From the NCBI GenBank assembly GCA_965207035.1, contig OZ242259.1, positions 586,111 to 650,110 on the forward strand: a stretch of DNA of 64,000 bases, in the 5' to 3' direction. Below are positions 37,783-44,579 of the stretch, in pieces. Every line of letters starts with the position of its first letter. The first letter of the stretch is position 1. The notes beneath the pieces were generated by a model that worked only from the letters and a program-made list of their open reading frames with translations, did not search any database and was not told the DNA's origin. The translations under genes were made by a program, and so were the position numbers. The stretch is from Bryobacterales bacterium (GTDB lineage Bacteria > Acidobacteriota > Terriglobia > Bryobacterales > UBA6623).

Positions 37783-37834
37783 GATTCCCCATAACCGCGT
37801 GTGGGGAATCACTGACGGCCATTTGGCCGTCAAT
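37783..37834 (+). promoter_or_regulatory. composite control element upstream of terL: 9-bp-stem inverted repeat + 20-bp palindrome TGACGGCCATTTGGCCGTCA
   Basis: GATTCCCCA (37783-37791) and TGGGGAATC (37802-37810) form the inverted repeat. The palindrome is at 37813-37832 and ends 26 nt before the terL ATG. The palindrome recurs at 39753-39772 and 44109-44128. Confidence 0.6.
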
Positions 37835-37858
37835 TTCGGGCCGGGGCGAGCCTGAGAT

Positions 37859-39424
37859 ATGGGAACCCCCAACACGGCCTCCGCGCTGATCCGCTACCTA
37901 GAGACGCTGACCTGCACTCAGGGCCAAGGTGCGGGCGATCCGCTGGAGGTCCTGCCGTGGCAGCGGCGGTTTATCAGGGGCGCATTCTCGGGGCCGGGGG
38001 ACGCGGCCCTGAGCGTGGCAAGGGGGAACGGCAAGACAACGCTGCTGGCCGGGGTCGCTGCTGCGTTCGTGAATGGCCCGCTCAGGCAGCCTCGGGCGGA
38101 GGTTGTGATCATCGCGGCCAGCTTGGCTCAGGGCAAAATTTCGTTTTCCCACACGCGGGCATTCTTGGAGGCGAGCGGTTGCGACCTGACGGCGCGCAAG
38201 CTGTGGAAATGCCACGACGGCGTCAATAGTGCGAGCATCGAGCATCGGCCCTCGGGGTCCCGCGTTCGGGTTATCGGATCGGACCCCAAGCGGGCGCACG
38301 GTCTGGCCCCCGCGCTGATCCTCGCCGATGAACCCGCGCAATGGCCCCCCAACACGGCTGAGGCCATGGTCGCGGCCCTCAAGACCGCTCGGGGCAAGAT
38401 TCCCGGCGCGAAGATGATCGCGCTAGGGACGCGGCCAGCGGAACCCGATCATTGGTATCAGCGGATGCTAGACGGGCAGGGCGTCAGCTACGCGCAATCC
38501 CATGCGGTCCCCTCCGGGACCGGGGACGCGATGCTCGGGCAGCGTGGATTTTGGCGCAAGGCGAATCCGTCGCTCGGGTTCATGCCAGACCTAGAGGCCG
38601 CGATCCGGGACGAATGGTCAACGGCCAGCAGGGACCCGTCGCTGCTGGCCTCATTCAAGGCATTACGCCTGAATATGGGGGTCCCGGACGTTCTGGCCTC
38701 AAGCCTACTGGAGGCGGAGACGTGGCGGCGCATCGAGGCCCCGGAGGGCCAAGGCGTCGAGCGGCGCGGGCCGTGGGCGCTCGGGGTCGATTTGGGCAGT
38801 ACAGCGGCCATGTCTGCCGTGGCGGGGTACTGGCCCGAGACGGGCGCATTGACGGCCCTTGCTTGCTTCCCGGCAGACCCTCCGCTGGCGGATCGGGGAC
38901 GGCAGGATGGGGTCGCTGACCTGTACGTCCGCATGGCGGAGCGGGGCGAGTTGATTATAGCGGGGCGCTACGTCTCGGAGGTCCCCGCGCTGTTGCGGGA
39001 GGTTGTGGACCGATGGGGGGTCCCGGACGTGATTGTCTCGGATCGCTGGAGGCTCGGGGAATTGCGGCAAGCATTGGAGGCGGCAGGTATGCCCAGGACG
39101 GCCCTTGCCACGCGGGGGCAGGGGTACTTTGACGGCGGGGCGGACGTGCGGGAGTTCCGTAAACAGTGCGCCTCGTTGGCCGTGCGGCCTGACGTTTCGC
39201 TGCTGCTGCGGGCCGCGATGGCGGAGGCCCGCGTTCAGACTGACGCGGCTGCTAACGCGAAGCTGGCGAAGGGTTCCGAGGGGGGACGGCGGCGGCGGGC
39301 GAGGGATGACGCGGCGGCGGCTGCGATCCTCGCAGTAGCGGAGGGGACCCGTAGGGCCGGGACCGGGACCGGGACCGGGGACAGCGACGGGACCCCACGG
39401 CGGAGGCTGCGAGTATGCGCGTAG
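37859..39424 (+). CDS. terL: phage terminase large subunit
   Basis: Walker A context SVARGNGKTTLLAG and a Walker B-like LILADEPAQW. The C-terminal nuclease-half length is typical of the Terminase_1 family. Total 521 aa. Confidence 0.8.
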   Translation: MGTPNTASALIRYLETLTCTQGQGAGDPLEVLPWQRRFIRGAFSGPGDAALSVARGNGKTTLLAGVAAAFVNGPLRQPRAEVVIIAASLAQGKISFSHTRAFLEASGCDLTARKLWKCHDGVNSASIEHRPSGSRVRVIGSDPKRAHGLAPALILADEPAQWPPNTAEAMVAALKTARGKIPGAKMIALGTRPAEPDHWYQRMLDGQGVSYAQSHAVPSGTGDAMLGQRGFWRKANPSLGFMPDLEAAIRDEWSTASRDPSLLASFKALRLNMGVPDVLASSLLEAETWRRIEAPEGQGVERRGPWALGVDLGSTAAMSAVAGYWPETGALTALACFPADPPLADRGRQDGVADLYVRMAERGELIIAGRYVSEVPALLREVVDRWGVPDVIVSDRWRLGELRQALEAAGMPRTALATRGQGYFDGGADVREFRKQCASLAVRPDVSLLLRAAMAEARVQTDAAANAKLAKGSEGGRRRRARDDAAAAAILAVAEGTRRAGTGTGTGDSDGTPRRRLRVCA

Positions 39425-39732
39425 GCTCAGGGCAACCGCTTACAGGGAATCCACGGCCCCTGTATCGGCCAGACCTGCACGGGCGGCGCTGGCAAGCGAT
39501 CCGGCGGGCCGTGCTGCTGCGGGACCGCTACCGCTGTAGAGTGTGCCTTCGGGCGGCGAGGCTCGAAGTTGACCATATCCGGCCCATCCGGCAGGGCGGC
39601 GAGGCGTGGAACCTAGCGAACCTCCAGACCCTCTGCCGTGGCTGCCACATTGACAAGACACGGCGCGAGAATACCGGGCGGAGGCGCAACCGCTTGCCTC
39701 CCGGATGGGACGCGCTGCTGCTGGAATTGTAG
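39415..39732 (+). CDS. HNH endonuclease
   Basis: CRVCLRAARLEVDHIRPIRQGGEAWNLANLQTLCRGCHIDKT is an H-N-H motif with CxxC pairs. It overlaps the terL stop by 10 nt. Confidence 0.85.
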   Translation: MRVGSGQPLTGNPRPLYRPDLHGRRWQAIRRAVLLRDRYRCRVCLRAARLEVDHIRPIRQGGEAWNLANLQTLCRGCHIDKTRRENTGRRRNRLPPGWDALLLEL

Positions 39733-39752
39733 GACCCGCTTGGCCCGTTTAC

Positions 39753-39772
39753 TGACGGCCATTTGCCCGTCA
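39753..39772 (+). promoter_or_regulatory. second copy of island palindrome (TGACGGCCATTTGCCCGTCA) upstream of capsid gene
   Basis: It has one mismatch to the perfect palindrome and shares the flanks ACTGACGG...CGTCAAT. It ends 40 nt before the capsid ATG at 39813. Confidence 0.55.
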
Positions 39773-39812
39773 ATCGAGGGCCGCTGATACCGTGAGGCTT
39801 GGAGGTTGCCTG

Positions 39813-41066
39813 ATGACTAACAGACAACGCTTGGAGCTACGATCCTCAGAGATTCGCAGCCGCTTGAATGAGATCGCGGGCCTAGAATCCGAGGCCCTAA
39901 CGGATGAGATTCGCAGCGAATCGGACAAGCTGCAAGGCGAGTATCGGGGCGTCGAGACTCAGCTACGCGCTGCCATTCTGGCGGAGGGCGGAGACGGCAA
40001 GGGGGGCGATGGTTCCCCACAACCGCGTGTGGGCAATGACGGGAACCCCGAGGCCCCCGAGGATCGGGAGCTACGCTCCCTGATCGGCAAGGCGTCGCTG
40101 GCAAGCATCGCTGACGCGGCGCTAGAGCAGCGCAGCACGGACGGCGCGGAGGCGGAGCTACAGCAGCACTTGGGGCTAGGGCCGTCTCAGGTCCCCGTCG
40201 AGTTGCTGCGAGGCGATCCGCTCCCGGAGGCGCTGGAGACGCGGGCCGTAACTCCCGCACCGGCTGATACTGGCGTCTCGCAAGCGGCGATCATTCCCTA
40301 TCTGTTCCCGCGTTCGGCGGGCGCATATCTCGGGGTCAGCAACCCCACGGTCCCCGTAGGGGAGCGGCTGTTTCCCGTGCTGACTACCCCGGCAACGGTC
40401 CACGCTCCGGCCAAGGATGCGGACGCGGCGGAGACTACGGGCAGCTTCGCCACAACGGCCCTGAAACCGGCGCGGCTGCAAGCTGAGTTCTTTTTTAATC
40501 GGGAAGATTTGGCGACGTTCGCCGGAATGGAGGCCGCGCTGCGCCAGAATCTCGGGGACGCGCTGGCCGACGCGCTGGACGGCAAGATCATAGGGCAATT
40601 CTTCGCGGCCTCGGGGGGTCTGGCGAACCCCACGAACCCCACGGCAGAGGCTACGTTTTCGACCTATCGCGGCCAGCTATTCGGAGGCATTGATGGGCGC
40701 TACGCCAACACGGCGGCTGACCTGCGCTGGCTGGTCAACAGCGACACATACAAGCATCTTGCCTCGAAGTATCGCGGCAACACTGCCGACGATTCGGCCC
40801 TCGATTCGCTCATGCGCGTCTCGGGCGGGGTCCGCGTCTCAACGCACATTCCGGCCAAGGCGGGCAACGTCAGCGGGTTCCTAGCGTCCAAGGCGGGCGC
40901 ACGCGGCCAGAATGCGGTCGCTCCGGTCTGGCAGGGGGTCAGCCTGATCCGCGACGAATTCACCAAGGCCGACCGGGGTCAGATTCGCTTGATCGCGGTC
41001 ATGCTCTACAGCGTGGCAATTCTCAGGGCCGATGGATTCCAGCGGCTCGAAGTTCACACGGGTTGA
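39813..41066 (+). CDS. phage major capsid protein, HK97 family
   Basis: GGAGG at 39801-39805, then ATG 39813. N-terminal coiled-coil delta-like region (RQRLELRSSEIRSRLNEIAGLE...). The C-terminal part ...WQGVSLIRDEFTKADRGQIRLIAVMLYSVAILRADGF is typical of HK97-fold MCPs. Confidence 0.8.
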   Translation: MTNRQRLELRSSEIRSRLNEIAGLESEALTDEIRSESDKLQGEYRGVETQLRAAILAEGGDGKGGDGSPQPRVGNDGNPEAPEDRELRSLIGKASLASIADAALEQRSTDGAEAELQQHLGLGPSQVPVELLRGDPLPEALETRAVTPAPADTGVSQAAIIPYLFPRSAGAYLGVSNPTVPVGERLFPVLTTPATVHAPAKDADAAETTGSFATTALKPARLQAEFFFNREDLATFAGMEAALRQNLGDALADALDGKIIGQFFAASGGLANPTNPTAEATFSTYRGQLFGGIDGRYANTAADLRWLVNSDTYKHLASKYRGNTADDSALDSLMRVSGGVRVSTHIPAKAGNVSGFLASKAGARGQNAVAPVWQGVSLIRDEFTKADRGQIRLIAVMLYSVAILRADGFQRLEVHTG

Positions 41067-41092
41067 TGGATAACCCGTGCGGAGACTGACGG

Positions 41093-41707
41093 ATGGAACG
41101 GCTAGAAACTGGCGATGCTTTTGTCCTGAGCGTCCCTGAGCTTGAAATCCGGCGGGGTAGGGGCGGCGGCGGCGGGGCGGGTCGATACGTCCTTGGCCGC
41201 TTCCCCTACGGAGTCACGGCAACGATACGGGACCGGGGACGCCTCCGCAAGGAACGGTTTGGGGTCAAGGCGTTCGCTCGGGCAATCGAGCGGGCGGAGG
41301 AGGAGATTAACCTCTTGGCCGGTCACAATTTCGGCCAGCCGCTGGCCTCCAAACGGGCCGGGTCGCTGAAGCTGGACGATACCCCCGAGGCCCTGACATT
41401 CGAGGCCAAGCTGCCCGACAAGGGGCCGTCATGGATTGAGGATACGGTTCTGGCGCTGGAGGCCGGGTTGGCCGTGGGCGTCTCGCCGGGATTCCGTGTG
41501 CCTCCGCTCAACGTGGTCCCGGACGCGGAGGTCGAGGTCCCGGAACCCGGCAATCCGGGGGTGTTTATCCGGCAGATCAATCAAGCCATGCTTTACGAGT
41601 TGTCCATCGTGACGCGACCCGCTTACAGCGCCTCCAGCGCGGAGGTCGAGGCGCGGGCCGTTGCGTACAGCTTCGCCGATCCTGAGCGGAGGCGGCTATG
41701 GCTGTAA
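41093..41707 (+). CDS. HK97-family prohead protease
   Basis: YGVTATIRDRG...ERFGVKAFARAIE....INLLAGHNFGQPLA...L.LDDTPEALTFEAKLPD matches the S78/U35 prohead protease layout (conserved H in the LxxH block). It lies adjacent to the capsid gene. Confidence 0.65.
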   Translation: MERLETGDAFVLSVPELEIRRGRGGGGGAGRYVLGRFPYGVTATIRDRGRLRKERFGVKAFARAIERAEEEINLLAGHNFGQPLASKRAGSLKLDDTPEALTFEAKLPDKGPSWIEDTVLALEAGLAVGVSPGFRVPPLNVVPDAEVEVPEPGNPGVFIRQINQAMLYELSIVTRPAYSASSAEVEARAVAYSFADPERRRLWL

Positions 41708-42030
41708 TGGACCTAGCGGCGCTGTATGAGGCCGTCACGCTCAACGCGGGGCCTCCAAGCGGCCCCGAGGCTGCCCGCTGGGAGTCGCTGTATGCGGGTG
41801 CCTGGGCGATTATTGACAGGTATGCTCCCGAGGCCCCCGAGGGCGTCAAGAATGAGGCGCTAGTCCGTTTCGCGGGGTACGCGGCGGACGTGCAAGGCGT
41901 CACTAAAGAGGCCATCGGGGAGCAGTCGGTAGAGTACACGGACCGCACGTCCCCGGCAGTATTCAGGCGATCCGGCGCGATGGGGTTGCTGTCCCCGTGG
42001 AAACGGCGGCGGGCCGGGAGGATCGGCTGA
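41698..42030 (+). CDS. gp6-like head-tail connector (adaptor) protein
   Basis: 110 aa, overlapping the protease stop. The ...AGAWAIIDRYAPEAPEGVKNEALVRFAGY... pattern is typical of the phage gp6-like head-tail connector family. Confidence 0.55.
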   Translation: MAVMDLAALYEAVTLNAGPPSGPEAARWESLYAGAWAIIDRYAPEAPEGVKNEALVRFAGYAADVQGVTKEAIGEQSVEYTDRTSPAVFRRSGAMGLLSPWKRRRAGRIG

Positions 42031-43088
42031 TGCGCTGGCCGTGGCAACGCTCCGAGGCCGACGCGCTGGAGACCCGCGACGCTGACTACAGCGACGCGAT
42101 AGTCGGGCAGATTCTACGCAACGCTACGGGCGGGGAACCCGCAAGCATGTACGCGCTGGCCGCGCTGGAGGCGGCGGCGGGAATCGTGGGGCGATCCTTC
42201 GCCGTTGCGTCCGTCCAGTCGGCCTCGGGTCTGGTAACGGAGGCGCTGCCCCCCTCCCTGCTGGCCCTGATCGGTCGCTCCCTGATCCGGCGCGGGCAGC
42301 TTGTCTGTAGCATCGAGACGACGGGCGGACGCCTTGCGCTGCTGCCCGCTGCAAGTTGGGACGTCCAAGGCGGGCCAGACCCTCGAAGCTGGCAGTACCG
42401 CCTCGAATTGGGGGGACCCTCGGGCAGCGTCACGCGGCGCAATCCGGGCGAGGGCGTGATAGACCTGAGGTATAGCTGCGATCCGGCGCAACCATGGCGC
42501 GGCCTCGGGCCGCTACAGGTTGCGAGGCTAGACGGGCGGCTAGGTTCCGAGTTGGCGGCGGCGCTCGGAGACGAGGCGGCAGGGCCTCGGGGTTCGCTGC
42601 TGCCCGTACCGGGCGAGGGCGGAGACGGGGAATTAGACGAGCTACGGGCCGATATCGCGGGGTTGCACGGCAAGGCGGCGCTGCTGGAAACCACTAGCGG
42701 CGGATGGGGCGAGGGCAAGGGCGCGGCCCCTCAGCAGGATTGGACGCCTAAGCGGCTCGGGCCGAATCCTAGCGCGGCGCTGGTACAGCTCCGCCGGGAC
42801 GTTGAAACGTCCGTGGTTGCCGCGTGTGGCGTCCCGCTGGAATTGCTGACTCCGGCTGCTGGAACAGGCGGACGCGAATCTTACAGACGCTTCCTATTCT
42901 CGACTGTGGCCGCGCTCGGGCGCATCGTTGCGGACGAATTGACCCGCAAGCTGGAGACGCCAGTATCGCTCGACTGGGGCGAGCTACGGGCGGCGGATAT
43001 CTCGGGACGGGCGAGGGCCTACCAGTCGCTAGTCGGGGCCAACATGGACGCCTCCAAGGCGGAGCGACTGGCGGGTCTGCTGGAGTAG
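42030..43088 (+). CDS. phage portal protein (HK97 family, short form)
   Basis: TGATG overlap with the adaptor stop (42028-42032). The central and C-terminal regions ...RESYRRFLFSTVAALGRIVADELTRKL... are portal-like. Confidence 0.65.
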   Translation: MRWPWQRSEADALETRDADYSDAIVGQILRNATGGEPASMYALAALEAAAGIVGRSFAVASVQSASGLVTEALPPSLLALIGRSLIRRGQLVCSIETTGGRLALLPAASWDVQGGPDPRSWQYRLELGGPSGSVTRRNPGEGVIDLRYSCDPAQPWRGLGPLQVARLDGRLGSELAAALGDEAAGPRGSLLPVPGEGGDGELDELRADIAGLHGKAALLETTSGGWGEGKGAAPQQDWTPKRLGPNPSAALVQLRRDVETSVVAACGVPLELLTPAAGTGGRESYRRFLFSTVAALGRIVADELTRKLETPVSLDWGELRAADISGRARAYQSLVGANMDASKAERLAGLLE

Positions 43089-43104
43089 ATAGGGGGTAAC
43101 TGGG

Positions 43105-43425
43105 ATGCACTCAAACTGCTGTATCACCTGCGGGGCGTCGCTGGCAGGGTTCCGCTCAAATCGGAGATTCTGCGAGCCTTGCATGGTGCGATGGAATCGC
43201 GAGAGGAAAGGCCCCTACGACCGGGAGCGGCGGGCGCGGGAGCGGGAGCTACGCGGCAAGCGGACGTGTGCTGGTCTTGGCTGCGAGGTCGATATCACGA
43301 ACACGCACGGCAGGACCCTCCGCTGTCCCGATTGTGCGCGGGAGCGGGCGCTGGAGGGGAACCGGCGGAGTAGCGCACGATGGGCGGCGCGTAAGCGGGA
43401 GCGGGCAGCCAAGCGGGCAGCCTAG
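43105..43425 (+). CDS. Arg-rich double zinc-ribbon protein (106 aa), function unknown
   Basis: Two Cys pairs per half: CCITCG...CEPC and CAGLGC...CPDC. A strongly basic RERRARERELRGKR linker and tail suggest nucleic-acid binding. Confidence 0.55.
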   Translation: MHSNCCITCGASLAGFRSNRRFCEPCMVRWNRERKGPYDRERRARERELRGKRTCAGLGCEVDITNTHGRTLRCPDCARERALEGNRRSSARWAARKRERAAKRAA

Positions 43426-44069
43426 CGGGCCTCGCGGGCCTCGGCAAGGTTGATCCTCGCCTCCCATCCCTGAGCGGACAGCGACGGGGCGCACGTGCGG
43501 GCCTCGCGGCCCTCCCTGACGCGATCCTTGACGGCGGCTGCCCAATTGCCCGATACCTGAGCGACGGCCCCGGCCAGCGTCTCCAGCAGGGCGTCCAGTT
43601 CGGCTGCCTCCAGTTCGGCTGCCTCTAGGTATTCGATGGCCCCGCTCAGGAGGCCGTCAAACCTCCAGCTTGCGCGGCTGCCGTCCCCGAATTCGGACGC
43701 GGCAACCTCCGGGGCGAGGCGGCGGAGTTCCACGGCCCCGGCCAGCAGTTCGTCGGGCGAGCGAATCAGGCGCGGCGCTAGGAATGCGCGAGCCTCCAGC
43801 AGTCGGCCTAGGGCGTCCCGCTCCATGGCGTCGAGGCGATCCGAGACTCCCCGGCCAATCGGGGCGCTGCCCCGGATGCGCGCCAACAGCGACCGCTCCG
43901 GGCCATCGTAAAGCGTCTCGGCCTCGACTAGTTCCGGCGGATCGCTCGGGGCAGGGTCCCGCAGCACGGTAGCGCAGCGTTCCCCCGTCTCCGCATCGTG
44001 CCAGCATCGCAGCGTGAGGCGCGGCGTGGGGTGCAGGTCAATGTCCATGATCCGGTTTGTAGTGAACAT
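43422..44069 (-). CDS. hypothetical protein, reverse-oriented island gene
   Basis: ORF 43422-44180 (TTG). The ATG at 44069 (MFTTNRIMDIDLH...) is preferred because it leaves the palindrome at 44109-44128 in the upstream region. The protein is helical and acidic, with no recognisable domain. Confidence 0.5.
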   Translation of the reverse strand: MFTTNRIMDIDLHPTPRLTLRCWHDAETGERCATVLRDPAPSDPPELVEAETLYDGPERSLLARIRGSAPIGRGVSDRLDAMERDALGRLLEARAFLAPRLIRSPDELLAGAVELRRLAPEVAASEFGDGSRASWRFDGLLSGAIEYLEAAELEAAELDALLETLAGAVAQVSGNWAAAVKDRVREGREARTCAPSLSAQGWEARINLAEAREAR

Positions 44070-44108
44070 GCCCAACAGTGTATCGCGGGGCCTCGGGGCC
44101 TCGGGGAT

Positions 44109-44158
44109 TGACGGGCATATGGCCGTCAGTGATTCGGGACAACCGCGTGAGGGGAACC
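44109..44158 (-). promoter_or_regulatory. third copy of island palindrome (TGACGGGCATATGGCCGTCA) plus flanking AACCGCGTG module
   Basis: The palindrome is at 44109-44128, 39 nt upstream of the minus-strand ATG at 44069. The adjacent GATTCGGGACAACCGCGTGAGGGGAACC matches 22/28 with the module at 37783-37810. Confidence 0.55.
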
Positions 44159-44295
44159 CGCTACTCCCGAAAACGTGCAAGATGGGCGGTTTTTTTTGGT
44201 GTGGGGGCGTGTGGGGTATCGGGGTCCCCGGTACTCTCCCGAATAGGACCCTAAACTATTGATTTATAAAGACCTTAGAGGCCATATCCCGCATA

Positions 44296-44302
44296 GGCGG
44301 CC
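44296..44302. repeat. attR core (GGCGGCC)
   Basis: See attL. On the minus strand, this core is codon-aligned (GCC GCC) in both the orphan 5' fragment and the truncated hydrolase body. Confidence 0.6.
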
Positions 44303-44373
44303 AAGGCGGCACTGGCAAGAACACTCCCGGCAACAGCGGCGGCCGCCATGAGTCGTGGGATCGCGCGGAGCAT
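44296..44373 (-). pseudogene. orphaned 5' end (start codon + signal peptide) of the split serine hydrolase gene
   Basis: The minus-strand ATG at 44373 is preceded by GAGAGGA. It encodes MLRAIPRLMAAAAVAGSVLASAALAA up to the core, then runs into island DNA (YAGYGL, stop at 44275-44277). Confidence 0.7.
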
Positions 44374-44536
44374 GGATTCCTCTCTTTCGTTTGTCCCGCA
44401 GGAATGTCTCGCAGCCTTGGCGGAAGCGCGAGTGACGGCGGATCGGGGCGTATCTGTTGTACCAGACTGCGCTTCGCACTCTGCAAGCCCCGCTCGGGAA
44501 GCTAACTTCCGGCTGTGCCCGGGTAGAATCGTGCGT

Positions 44537-44579
44537 ATGCTGCGATTTGGAATCGTCGTCTTGGGGTGGGTTCCCCTAG
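44537..44579 (+). pseudogene. orphaned 5' end (start + most of signal peptide) of the IS-disrupted sulfatase gene
   Basis: ATG 44537 encodes MLRFGIVVLGWVPL, then the IS begins at 44580. Continuing at 46555 gives ...VASAAPNILFVMSDDH in frame. Confidence 0.7.

Larger units (their letters stand above)
35271..44302. mobile_element. integrated 9.0-kb head-only phage-like island (candidate capsid-forming satellite), bounded by 7-bp GGCGGCC core copies
   Basis: A tyrosine integrase sits at the left end, followed by an HK97-type packaging/head genes. Both termini are AT-rich. The core GGCGGCC lies at 35271-35277 and 44296-44302 within 21/28-identical flanks. The split host gene is restored in frame across the core. 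Confidence 0.8.

Noticed and set aside
44070-44180. TTG start at 44180 for the reverse island gene
   Set aside because: It would place the conserved palindrome and its flanking module inside the coding sequence. The ATG at 44069 keeps the same operator-to-start spacing as the other two units.
44275-44373. Type I toxin-like small hydrophobic peptide
   Set aside because: It is explained better as the severed signal peptide of the hydrolase gene, which joins in frame to 35276 across the att core.
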